Shown: positions 1 to 16,575, numbered from the stretch's first letter. The stretch: 64,000 nucleotides of DNA from the human T2T-CHM13v2.0 reference genome, Homo sapiens (GCF_009914755.1 NC_060928.1); one strand, 5' to 3'. Notes: generated by a model not told the origin, from the sequence alone. A program made the numbers and translations.

Positions 1-224
1 TTCTAGGGTACGTATGCACAACGTGCAGGTTTGTTACATATGTATACATGTGTCTATGTTGGGTTGCTGCACCCATCAACTCTGTTGGGTTGCTGCACCC
101 ATCAACTCTTCATTTACATTAGGTATTTCTCCTAATGCTATCCCTCCCCTAGCCCCCCAGCCCCCACCCCTGACAGGCCCTGGTGTGTGATGATCCCCAC
201 CCTGTGTCCAAGTGTTCTCATTGT

Positions 225-3954
<3,730 letters not shown>

Positions 3955-4017
3955 TATGATGTTAGCTGGTTACTTTGCCTGTTAGTCGATGCATTTTCTT
4001 CATAGCATCAATGGTCT

Positions 4018-5042
4018 TTACCATTTGGCATGTTTTTGCAGTGGCTGGTACCAGCTGTTCCTTTCCATGTTTAGTGTTTCTTTCAGGAGCTCTTGTAAGG
4101 CAGGCCTGGTGGTGACAAAGTCTCTCAGCCTTTGCTTGTCTGTAAAGGATTTTATTTCTCCTTCACTTATGAAGCTTAGTTTGGCTGGGTATGAAATTCT
4201 GGGTTGAAAATTATTTTCTTTAAGTATGTTGAATATTAGCCCCCACTCTCTTCTGGCTTGTAGGGTTTCTGCCGAGAGATCCACTATTAGGCTGATGGGC
4301 TTCCCTTTCTGGGTAACCCACCTTTCTCTCTGGCTGCACTTAACATTTTTTCCCTTCATTTCAACCTTGGTGAATCTGACAATTATGTGTCTTGGGGTTG
4401 CACTTCTCAAGGAGTATCTTTGTGGTGTTCTCTGTGTTTCCTGAATTTGAATATTGGCCTGCCTTGCTAGGTTAGGGAAGTTCTCCTGGATAATATCCTG
4501 AAGAGTGTTTTCTAACTTGGTTCCATTCTCCCCATCAGTTTCAGGTACACAAATCAAATGTATATTTGGTCTTTTCACATAGTCCCGTGTTTCTTGGAGG
4601 CTTTGTTCATTTCTTTTCACTCTTTTTTATCTAATCTTGTCTTCTCACTTTATTTCATTAATTTGATCTTCAATCACTGTATCCTTTCTTCCACTTGATC
4701 GAATTGGCTATTGAAGCTTGTGCATGCATCACAAAGTTTTCGGGCCATGGTTTTCAGCTCCATCAGGTCATTTAAGAGCTTTTCTATACTGTTTATTCTA
4801 GTTAGCCATTCATCTAACCTTTTTGAAAGGTTTTTAGCTTCCTTGCAATGGGTTAGAACATACTCCTTTAGCTCGGAGAAGTTTGTTATTACCAAACTTC
4901 TGAAGCCTACTTCTGTCAACTTGTCAAACTCATCATCTGTCCAGTTTTACTCTGTTGCTGGCGAGGAGCTGTGATCCTATAGGGGAGAAGAGGTGCTCTG
5001 TTTTTTGGAATTTTCAGCTTTTCTTCTCGGGTTTCTCCCCAT
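4018..5042 (-). pseudogene. L1 ORF1 (RNA-binding p40) remnant, disrupted
   Basis: ATG at 5042 (ATGGGGAGAAAC). Fragments 4674-4919 (coiled coil) and 4018-4620 (LENTLQDIIQENFPNLARQ, YPAKLSF, FVTTRPALQELLKE). Confidence 0.93.
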
Positions 5043-6068
5043 CTTTGTGGTTTTATCTACCTTTGGTCTTTGATGTTGGTGACCTACAGATGGGGTTTTG
5101 TTGTCGATGTCCTTTTTGTTGATGTTGATGCTATTCCTTTCTGTTTGTTAGTTTTCCTTCTAACAGACCTTTCAGCTGCAGGTCTGTTGGAGTTTGCTGG
5201 AGGTCCACTCCAGGCCCTGTTTGCCTAGGTATCACCGGCAGAGGCTGCAGAACAGCAAATATTGCTGCCTGATCCTTCCTCTGGAAGCTTCATCCCGGAG
5301 GGGCACTCGCCTGTTTGAGGTGTCTGTCAGCCCCTACTGGGAGGTGTTTCCCAGTCAGGCTACACAGGGGTCAGGGACTCACTTTAGGAGGCAGTCTGTC
5401 CGTTCTCGGAGCTTGAATGCCATGCTGAGAGAACCACTGCTCTCTTCAGAGCTGTCAGACAGGGATGTTTAAGTCTGCAGAAGCTGTCTGCTGCCTTTTA
5501 ATCTGCTATGACCTGCCCCCAGAGGTGGAATCTATAGAGGCAGGCGGCCTTGCTGAGCTGCAGTGGGCTCTGCCCAGTTCGTGCTTCCTGGCCTCTTTGT
5601 TTACACTGTGAGCTACTCAAGCCCCATCAATGGCAGGCACCCCTTCCCCCTTCAAGCTGTAGCATCACAGGTCGATCTCAGACTGCTGTGCTAGCAGTGA
5701 GCGAAGCTCCCTGGGTGTGGGACCCACCGAGCCAGGCACGGGAGGGTATCTCCTGGTTTGCTGGTTGCAAAGACTGTGGGAAATGCTCAGTATTTGGTCA
5801 GGAGTGTACCATTTCTCCAGGTACAGTCTGTCGCAGCTTCCCTTGGCTAGGAAAGGGAAATCCCCCAACCCCTTGTGCTTCGTGGGTGAGGCAACACCCC
5901 ACCCTGCTTCAGCTTGCCCTCCGTGGGCTGCACCCACTGTCCAACCAGTCCCAATGATATGAACCAGGTGCCTCAGTTGGAAATGCAGAAATCACCTGTC
6001 TTCTGTGTCGATCTTGCTGGGAGCTGCAGACCGGAGCTATTCCTATTCGGCTGTCTTAGAAGTGACCA
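5043..6068 (-). promoter_or_regulatory. L1 5'UTR: internal sense promoter (- strand) and antisense promoter region (+ strand, about 5450-5650)
   Basis: GC-richer segment upstream of ORF1 with recognisable L1PA 5'UTR motifs. Promoter role is established for the family; activity of this copy is not shown. Confidence 0.8.
5630..5962 (+). pseudogene. L1 ORF0 homologue with one in-frame stop (TAG 5660-5662)
   Basis: MAGTPSPFKL*HHRSISDCCASSERSSLGVGPTEPG...FSR resembles primate ORF0 as I recall it (MAGAPPP...ISDCCAS...GVGPSEPG...FSR). In frame with track ORF 5717-5962. Confidence 0.8.
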
Positions 6069-6201
6069 CCTATTTAATTTCCATGTATTAATATTTGTAG
6101 AGTTTCCAGAGTTTCTCCTGTTATTGAATTTTAGTTTTATTCCATTGTTGTTTAAGAAGATATTTTATATAATTTCCATTTGAAAATATTTACTGAAATT
6201 T

Positions 6202-6671
<470 letters not shown>

Positions 6672-7789
6672 TTAAGTCTAAATGATCTGTCCTATGCTGA
6701 AAGTGAGGTATTTAAGTTCTCAACTATTATTGTACTAGAGTCTATGTCTCTCTTTAACTCCAATAATATTTGCTTTACATATCTGTGTTCTTTGTTGGTA
6801 GGTGCAAATACTTTGAAAGGTATTTTGTCTTCTTGCTGAATTGACCCCTTTATCATTATATAATAAACTTAATCTTTTTTCTTGTTTTTTGACGTAAAGT
6901 CTATTTTGTCTGATATAAGTACGGGTATTCCTGCATATTTTTTATTTCTATTGGCATGGAATATCTTTTTTTTCCATTTCTTTACTTTCAATCTATGTGT
7001 GACTTAATAGGGATGTAAGGGTTTGGTAAGCAGTGTATAGTTGTTGTTTTTTTTTTTATTTTTAATCTGCTGTATCAGTGTTTATCTTTTAATTGGGAAA
7101 TTTAAACCATTTACATTCAAGGTTTTTAATTGATAGATGAGGACTTACTCTTGCCATTTTTAATAATTGTTTTCTGATTGTTTTCTATATCCTTTGTTCC
7201 TTTCTTCGCCTCTTATTGTTTATCTTTGCAATCTGTTGTTTATCTTTAGTAATATTTTATTTCTTGTTCTTTCTCACTCGCATATCTGCTCTACCAATGA
7301 GTTTTATACTTTCATATATTCTCATGATGGTAGATGTTATCCTTTAGTTCCAGATGTAGGTCTCTGCTAAACATCTCTTATAGGGTCAATATAGTTGTGA
7401 TGAATTCCCTTGGTTTTTGCTTGTCTTGGAAATACTTTATTTCATCTTTGTTTCTGAAAGATAACTTTGTTGGGTAAAGTATTTTTAAGTAGCATTTTTT
7501 TCTTTTGATGTGACTATATAATCCCATTTTCTCCTGGCCTATAAGGCTTCTGGTGAGAAATCTGCTGTTAATATGTTGGGAATTCCCTTATATGTGATTT
7601 TATGCTTTTCTCCTGCTTTTTTAAAAATATAATTCTCTCTCTTTTCCTTTGACTTGACAGTTTGACTATAATGTGCCTTGGAAAGGATCTGTTTGGGTTG
7701 AGTCTTTTGGGAACTTTTAGCTTCTTGAATATTGATGTCTATATGTCTTCCAAGAATTAAGAAATTTTCCCCTATTTCATTATTTTATT

Positions 7790-8985
7790 AGTTTTTTAAA
7801 AAAATTATTTTAGGTTCAGGAGTACATGTGCAGGTTTGTTACATGGGGGAAATTGCATGTTGCTAAGGTTTGGTGTACAAGTGATTCCATCACCCAGGTA
7901 GTGCACATAGTACCTCATAGTTTTTCAACTCTTGCCTCCATTCCTATCCTCTACCCTCTAGTAGTCCTAGTGTCTATTGTTCTCATCTTTATGCCCCTGT
8001 GTACTCAATGTTTAGCTCCCACTTACAAGTGAAAACATTTAGTATTTGGTTTTCTGTTCCTGTGTTAATTCACTTAGGCTAATGGTCTCCAGTTGCATCC
8101 ATGTTGCTGAAAATAACATGATTTCATCATTTTTTATGACTGCACAGTATTCCATGGCATATATGTACAAATACTTTCCCTATCTAGTTCATATTTATGG
8201 GCATCTGGGTTGACACAATGTGTTTGCTATTGTGCATATTGCTGCAATAAACATATGAGTGCCTGTGTCTTTTTGGTAGAATGTTTTATTTTCCTTTCAA
8301 TATATACCCAGTAATGGGATTGCTGACTTGAATGGTATACCTAAATTCCAGGATAACTGGCTCACCATATGCAGAAGAATGAAACTGGACCCCTACCTTT
8401 CATCCTATATGAAAATTAGCTGAAGATAGATTAAAACTTAAATGTAAGACCTAAAACTATAAGAATCCTAGTGAAAACCTAGGAAAGACCATTCGGGGTA
8501 TCAGCCTTGGGAAAGAATCTATGACTAAGTCCCCAAAAGCAATTGCAACAAAAACAAAAATTGACAAGGTAGACCTAAATAAATTATCAATAGAGTAAAC
8601 AGATAACCTAGAGAATAGGGGAAAATATTTGCAAACTCTGCATCTGCCAAAGATTTAATATTCAGAATCTATAAGGAACTTAAACAAATCAACAAGCGAA
8701 AAGCAACCCCATTAAAATGAGCAAAGGATATGAAGACACCTTCTCGTAAGAAGACATAGCTGTGGCCAACAAATATGTGAAAAAAAATGCTCAACATCAG
8801 TAATCATTAGAGAAATGCAAATCAAAACCCCAGTGAGGTACCATTTCACAGCAGTCAAAATGGCCATTATTAAAGATAAAAAATAACATATATTGGTAAG
8901 ATTGCAGAGAAAAGGGAACACTTATACCCTGTTGGTGGAAATGTAAATTAGTTCAACCACTGTGAAAAGCAGTTTGGAGATTTAT
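7790..8985 (-). mobile_element. Old primate L1 (L1PA13-16/L1PB-like) 3' fragment with 5' inversion
   Basis: 7790-8337 is the antisense 3'UTR/ORF2 end. 8350-8985 is the adjacent upstream ORF2 segment in sense orientation (ggataactggc...gcagtttggagattt). Confidence 0.88.
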
Positions 8986-9991
8986 CATAAAATAGATTTT
9001 TAATGCCTTTTCTCATCTCTTTTCTGAAATTCCAAAAATTGTATTATTTGTTCACTTGATGGTGTCCCATATGTCATGTAGACGTTCTTCATTCTTTTTT
9101 ATTCTTTTTTTGTTTTGTCTGATTGTGCTATTTCAAAAGACCTCTCTTCAAGTTCTGAAATTACTTCACCTGCTTGATCTAGTCTCTTGTTAACATCTTG
9201 ATGGTATTTTTATTTTATAGAATTCTTTAGTTCCACTATTTTTGTTTAGTTGTTTCTTACAATATCCCTTTGTTGAATTTCTTATTCAGATCATGAATTG
9301 TTTTCCTGATTATATGTTCTGTATTCCCTCGTGTCTCATTGAGTTTCCTTAATGTCATTCTTTTGAATTCCTTTTCAGTTCAGACATTTCATAGATTTCC
9401 TTTTATTTGGGGTATGTTATGGGAAAATTATTATTTTCCTTCGAAAGTGTTAGGTTCCTTACTTTTTTATGTTTCCTGTGTTTTTAAGTTAATATTTGTG
9501 CATCTAGCTTAACAGTAATTTCTTCCAAATTTATGATATAGCTTTCCTATTAAATTATTTTCATAGAAAAATACTTTTTTCTGTTGATGGATCTATAATG
9601 TTGGCTGGGTAGTGTACTTTGGTTTGGTTCGGGGTGAGCACCATAGTATGGTCTCCATATGATTTCTTTGGCTGTGATCAACATCAGTATTGTCCTTGAG
9701 TTCCTCAGTGGCTTAGGCTGTGGTTGTTTGTGGAGGCTGTGGTGAGGCTTTGCTGAAGACTAGTACACTGGGTGGGCTGGTCCTGAGGTCTCCCAGCAGC
9801 ATTCACATGTGTCAGTGGTGGCAGGAGTGGGCCCTGGTCACTTCTTATGACAACTTTTTATCTCATATGAGCAGAAGAGAACTTAATATTCACTAGCTAT
9901 GTGTCTCCCTGTTAAATGAGTATTCATCTACCAAAGTGGCCTAGTTGTTATCTATGAAATAGTCACCGACCTCTCCCAGAGAGGAAGATAA

Positions 9992-10310
<319 letters not shown>

Positions 10311-10623
10311 GGGCACATTATTTATTGGCATATCTGTGCTCATTTCTTTAGTGTGATGACATGGAGAATAGCTTTTATGGCTAAGAAGTTTGTATCTCTA
10401 GGTGCTATTATGGCTCCTGTAAGAGTAAAGTCCTCAAAAAATGCTACAGGACTTGATTAGAATAATAACTTAGAAATATTCCAATCCTGACATCCATCCA
10501 TTTGAGACTCATATGAAAATAGAAGGCTCATGTGCTCCAATTTATCCTGCCTGTTTGTGTATTTCTGCTTTTTAAGTTTACCTGGACCTGTTGTTAACTT
10601 TGGCATTTCATCTCTTATGCACC

Positions 10624-10682
10624 TAGTTATGACTAAGTTATGACTAGTTATGACTAAGTTATGAGTAGTTATGACTAAGTTA
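10624..10682. repeat. Short tandem repeat, about 5 copies of AGTTATGACT(A)
   Basis: tagttatgactaagttatgactagttatgactaagttatgagtagttatgactaagtta. Confidence 0.92.
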
Positions 10683-11267
10683 ATGTGTTGTCACTTTTTA
10701 AGACTGGGAAATTTTCCAGTTCACTCTTAGTCTATCCTGAATTATTAAATATTTGGAATTATTAAATATCAGAATATTGACAATAATTTGATATTTCTAG
10801 TTAATACAAATTATTAGAGATGAGTAATATTTATTTTGTGAAGACTATATAAAAGATCTCATTCAGAGAAAAATTTTAAGGTTGTAGCTTGAGTCTTGAG
10901 AACAGATATCAATATTACCACATGAAAAAATCCTAATATGTTTATGCTAAGGACAATATTAGAGTGTAAAAACTGCCCTAAGGGAAATTAAGTCCTCAGA
11001 CAATAACCACCTCAGTGGAATACATTTAGCAGAATATATACCAGTGATTTAAATGCTTATGGAAATGCAATAGTTCACACATTAAGCATCTATGTTTGCA
11101 TGTCTGCTTAAGTAGATGATATCCAATATTTAAAATGCTGCATTCAAAAATATAAATACATTGTTGTTCTAATTGATGAAAACAGAAAGCATTCTAACAT
11201 TGTAATTAGTATAGAAACAGCACATTATGATTAATTTAATAAAATTAATATTTTGCTTCCTCATCTT

Positions 11268-11610
11268 TCTGTTTCCTCCTCTCCTCTCTCCTCTTTCTTT
11301 TATTTTTTCCTTCCTTCCCTCTCCTCTCCTCTCCTGTTCTTTTCTTTTCTTTCTTTTTCTTTTTCCTTCTTTTCTTTTCTTTCTTCTTTCCAGGATCTTG
11401 CAGTGTCTCTTAGCCTGGAGTACAGTGGTGTGACTGTAGCCTTGAATTCCTGGGCTCAAGCAATCCTCCCGCCTCAGCCTCCCGAGTAACTGGGACTACA
11501 CGTGTGTGCCACCAAAACCAGCTGTCTTTTTTTAAATAGAGATGGGAGTCTTGCTATGTTGCTGAAGCTGGTCTCAGACTCCTGGCCTCAAGTGGTCCTC
11601 CCACCTTGGT
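11268..11610 (-). mobile_element. AluJ, 5'-truncated, with expanded CT/CTTTT pyrimidine tail (11268-11390)
   Basis: tcctgggctcaagcaatcctcccgcctcagcc and tcttgctatgttg are AluJ-type motifs. Confidence 0.85.
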
Positions 11611-11824
11611 GCTTCCTTATTTTTCTGTCAAGAAAATATTCTCAAAATGCAGAGAGTAAAATAGTTACTCATTTTAAGAGAAATTAAAATCAATTTAGAT
11701 GTCTTATATTAGCAGTGTGTATGTAAATGCAAATTAAATCCTAGGGCAGAGAATAATGCATATATGCATATAGATATATAAAGATTTTGATATTTGGTAA
11801 ATGAATGTAAATAGTAGAGACGAC

Positions 11825-12130
11825 TTAAGGCTGGAAAACTGGCAAATGTTCAAGTACTTTTCAAAAAAGGGAAATGGGCAAATCCTGAATATTTCATTTT
11901 GGTACGCTTATATCAATTCATGGAAAAACTCTAGGTCAGATGATTTGTGAGCTTTAATATAAGTTAAGTTTCACTAGTAGGAGCAAGAGTCTTTAAGAAA
12001 ATTTATATCCATGTAATACCATTTTCTTTCTGGACAATTGTTTGCCTATATTAACTCAAGGGAATGCCATAGAGGGTTAGTTTTTCCCTGATATAAGTAT
12101 GGACAAGATGTTAAAATGTGACCTATATAA
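11825..12130 (+). mobile_element. CR1/L3 LINE reverse-transcriptase fragment, highly decayed
   Basis: ctggaaaactggcaaatgtt..ttttcaaaaaagggaaa..ggaaaaactctag..caagggaatgccataga echoes the CR1 motif order W-x-ANV-IFKKG..GK-LE..QGNAVD. Confidence 0.6.
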
Positions 12131-15100
12131 TGAAGTAAAACAACTATGATCGGTGTTACTAGTAAAACAAAGTTAATTCAATCAATGAAGTTGAATCCTC
12201 AGTAGTTGCAGAAATGGATCCTTCCGACTCTAAATGGTAAGTGCCTGTGTTTGGGGATGGGAGAGATGACACCATGCCTTAAAAGTATATCGTTCTCTAG
12301 AATGATGATTTTGGTTAAGATCATCAGAGGAAGAGAGGTCTCATGATGGTTTGGTACATATTATCATTATTCTCAGTCTCACTGCTGTCCAGAACAATTA
12401 AGATAAATGGGAAATTCAGAAGAAGTGGGTGGAATTTTTGGATATTAGTGAGGGACAAAAGAATCCCTCCTCCACAGCCCTGCCTCTTTTCCAAAATGAG
12501 AACATCTCAGACAATGAAACTTGGATTGAGCTAATGTGGACCTGGAGGGCTAGGAATATTTGTTAATACCTCTCAAGGTTGTTTCAGAATGGATTGTTTT
12601 GCTAGTGGAATGCTGAAATAGATCAGAGGTCTTCTAATTTTCATAAGTACTAAAAATAATATGTATCAGCCTGAAAAAGCGTGACTGAGAAATTAAGCCT
12701 GATTTCTTTTCCCACTTCCTTCTACGATTGCCCTTCTCTTACACTTCACAAAAAAGGGGCACCCTTTTCTTCTATCTTGTGTTGCAACCATTGTTGAATT
12801 GTCTTATAGTGTAGAAACCCTACTCTCAGTATTAAATAAAATGACAATTACAAACGTGAGTGTTTGCTTTGAGGAAGTACATAAGTCTAATAACAATACC
12901 AAATCCATTTGCACGTCATGATTTCGAATTTTTTGCTTTCAACAAACTTGGAGGAGTATCTAATTGATTCGGTATTTGGTAGTGGATCAAATAGAATAGA
13001 ATTGATAGTGAACCACTATTTTGTCTGGCAATAAGTAATCTTCATCCTCAGATATATAAATTAATCAGGGGAATAGAACTGCTTCCATCTCATTAAGAAA
13101 TGAGTTTCCAATAAAATTTTGCTCTTTATGTATAAAATTTATTAAAAACGTAATATATTTATGTTGTTTTACTCATTTTTACAACTAATTATTGCAATTA
13201 TGTCTTTATCAAAAGAAATTTTTAGCACTTCAGCACCTTATAGTCAGATAAACTTTTTCAAAAATTAAATTTAAATTTACATACATATTATAAAGCAGAG
13301 AAGTACGATGGGGGAACAATAAAAGACTAAAACCTAATAATTCATTAAATTTTAATAAAATTGTCGGTGTAAGTGAAATAGATATATAAGTTCAAGTAGA
13401 AGAGTCATGACATTACATTTCTGGACAGTTGAAAAGATGTATTAATGTATTTTTATATGAATAATGACAAGTATAAAATTGCCATGGTATGTAGACACCA
13501 CTGGCTACATTTTAAATGACATAAAATTTTTATTTTAAAAGTCAATAATTACAACATGTTAAAAAATTATATAATTTGCAATGACTAGAATTTTATGAAA
13601 AATTAAACAACTAAATATTTTGTGAAGGGCTTTCAAAATGTGTTTAGGTGACATCAAAATAGAGGTTTGAAAAATGCTGGACTAGTTCTGGTATATTTGT
13701 AGAATGCTTCTCATCTGCAGTAAGAGGAAATTTATTCAACAAATGAAAATTACAATGCAGAAATGAAGATTAATGTAAATAAATGGAACCTCAGGTGATT
13801 ACCTGGTCTAGTTTTTAGGTTACTGTCCAGATGATATTTTTTTCTTGAATTTTATGAGATGAGACTTATTTATTGTACTCACTAATAATTGTTGTTCTAG
13901 CACATAGACTTGCTATGTGTAAAGAGCCTGCTGTGAATCTGAATCGGAATTTAATTACATTCAATATTTAATCTATTGAAAAACTAATGACTACTCTGCT
14001 TATAGAAAAATGAATACATATAATTATCTAAGTGTGTTCCAGTTTAAAATTATATACACATATGAAAACATGCATATATTATACATAGTGTTTATATATT
14101 TAAAAAGTAGTATATGTATATTATTAAACATTATTATTTAAAATTATACAACACAAGTAAAACAGATTCTAACCTAAATTTCTTAGAGATTGCATAATAC
14201 TACTTTACATATCAGGTACTCAGTAAAAAAAAATGTTGATTGTAAAATAAATGTTAGCTGTGTGTATGATACATTATGACATGTATTTTTGCCATGCAGA
14301 TTCAGTATTTCTGTGTTTGTCCACATCAGTGTGTTTTAAAAATTCATACAAGTACTATTTTATCTGTTATTAGAAGATCCAATAAGACAAGGTACAATTT
14401 AATACATTTTAAAATTAGACATTTCTTAATAGTTTCTCAAATCACCTATATTGATTTATTAAGCCAATGATAACATTTATAGGAATAATTGTCATTTAAT
14501 AATAGATATTATAGTTTATAATGGATTCTGTTTCAGTTACATCCCACAATTAACAACCAACTTAATTATCCTATAGTAACTGGACTTCAGTATATCAGAT
14601 ACAACATCTAAAACATTATATCTGGTTTGAAAACTGCAAGCAGATTAAAATAGCAACTACCCTTCATAATTAGACATGATTTTGTTTTATGTGTTTTAAA
14701 TACATTTTTAGATCTTTATTGAAGAGCTTATTAGATGAGTGAAAATAACTAAACTAGTGTGGTTTGTATTATTATCCTAATTAATACTGACAAGGTTCTC
14801 AATTTGAATTTCTTTTTCAGAAAACAGATGTACATTCCCTTGGTGAGGTATATTTCATATAAAGAGAACTTTAGTTATAATGACAACATTATCTATGTGC
14901 CTATATGAAAACCAGACTAATTTATTAAAAAATATTTGCACTTAAGTGCTTTGAGATCTTGTCTGGAAATTAGATGTGCAATAGTAATTGTATATTTTTA
15001 GCAATGGAAGTATATTATGGTAAAGATCACTTATTCTTTTGATCATCATCTTTTTATTGTAAACATCCAGAAGTACATCTAATTATGCAGGTAGAAAGCA

Positions 15101-15399
15101 TGGACTAAGAATCAGCACATCCCAACTTAGGCATGTGACTTCTTCTCAGTCAGTTTTAGTTTTTTAAATGGTTTGTGAATGATGCTAAGATTATGGGAAG
15201 CAACAAACCCATTGCACACAATGCTGATCAAACCACAGTTGCAGCATGGTGCTGACTCTTTGTCTCATAAACTTTAAAAATACATGTCTGTATATTTATA
15301 CAATATGGTGCTTTCCAAACGTAGCTATACGTTTTAGAAGCATTGGCAAACAAAAATGCATCTAAAGAAAGGCATTTGGAAAAAAGCATCACAATTTTC

Positions 15400-15745
15400 A
15401 GAAGTCTAGGATGGTAAGTCTAGAAAGCATGTCAAATAAAAGCAGCTGAAATTATTTAGACTTGAAAGAGTAGACTCTGCAGAGCCATCTTTAAATATTT
15501 AAATAACTTTGAAATAATAAAAGCATTAGAATTTTTGTATGTTGGTCCAGACTTCAGAACTAGAATTAACAGTGAAAGTGAAAAGAATATAGATTTTGTC
15601 ATATTGTAAGAATTACTCTTAAAACCCAGTTATTTGCCAATGCAATAAATTACATCATAAGATAGTGGGCTAACTCATGGTGGAGCTACCTAAACCATCC
15701 AGCTTTTAGAAACTCTGTGAGACATACTAAACTCTAGGATTCCTA
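15400..15745 (+). mobile_element. CR1/L3 LINE 3' fragment
   Basis: catctttaaatattt..ttagaatttttgtatgttggtccaga..cagaactagaattaa..gatagtgggct..aactctaggattc resembles the L3 3' region. Confidence 0.55.
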
Positions 15746-15883
15746 TATATTTTATGGTTTTTTATACACTTTAAAATTTCTTTTAAAGTTCTAAAATTAA
15801 GCGTTTTGGACACAGAATGTTTAGCAAAACTCTCTTTACTTTTATGTATTGTGATAACACAATTTTAATTTTGAATATAATTC

Positions 15884-16090
15884 CATTCAGGTAATCAACA
15901 AATCTATATGGAGCAATTACTGTGTGCCAGGTATTCAGCACTGGGGTAGAATGGACAGCCAAATTAGACCTAGTGTCAGCCTGATGGAGGGCAGAGATCA
16001 GTAGTGGTAGACATCACTCTATAGTCATAGAAACAAATGGGCAATTGCAAAGTTTGATAAATGGCATGGAGGTGATACACAGTACTTTGT
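15884..16090 (-). mobile_element. L2 3' end fragment
   Basis: tcaacaaatctatatggagcaattactgtgtgccaggta is the rc of the L2 tail. Confidence 0.7.
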
Positions 16091-16124
16091 GACTTTACAT
16101 CAAAGCTGTAAACTTTTTTCTACA

Positions 16125-16575
16125 GTCACCATTACTGTCTAGTGCAACCCACATCATCTGCCACTTGTAGTACCAGACAGCCTCCTAACTGGGCTGTAGT
16201 ACCAGACAGCCTCCTAACTGGGCTCCTTGCCTCCACTCATGCTGCCCCTGCAACCTTTCTCAGTTTTACAACTGTAATTTTCCTCAAATACAAATCAGCT
16301 TATGCCACTACCCTGCCTAAAATTCCACACCACTTCTCATTGCTTTAAAGATAAAGACCGCATTCTTAACATGACCTGAAAAGATTTTTATAATATGGCC
16401 CGTTTATGTCTCCGAGGCTATCTTAAACCACTTTCCCCCAGTTTCTGTATTCTAGCCACTTGGGATTTTCAGTTCTCAAACATTACTCATTATCTTCCGC
16501 ACAGGGCTTTTGCACACATGGTGTTCCCTGCAAAACCCTTTATCCTGTCTCCTTCACTTAGATAACTCCATGAAA
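16125..16575 (+). mobile_element. L2 fragment containing an exact 29-bp tandem duplication
   Basis: cagcctcctaactgg..tgcctcca..caaatcagcttatgccact..cagggcttttgcaca are L2 motifs. Confidence 0.75.

Noticed and set aside
11169-11489. K/R/E-rich and F/L/S-rich ORFs resembling a basic or membrane protein
   Set aside because: Translation of the CT-rich Alu tail simple repeat.
12205-12245. Consensus donor ATG|GTAAGT at about 12237
   Set aside because: No pyrimidine-tract acceptor upstream; isolated donors are frequent by chance.
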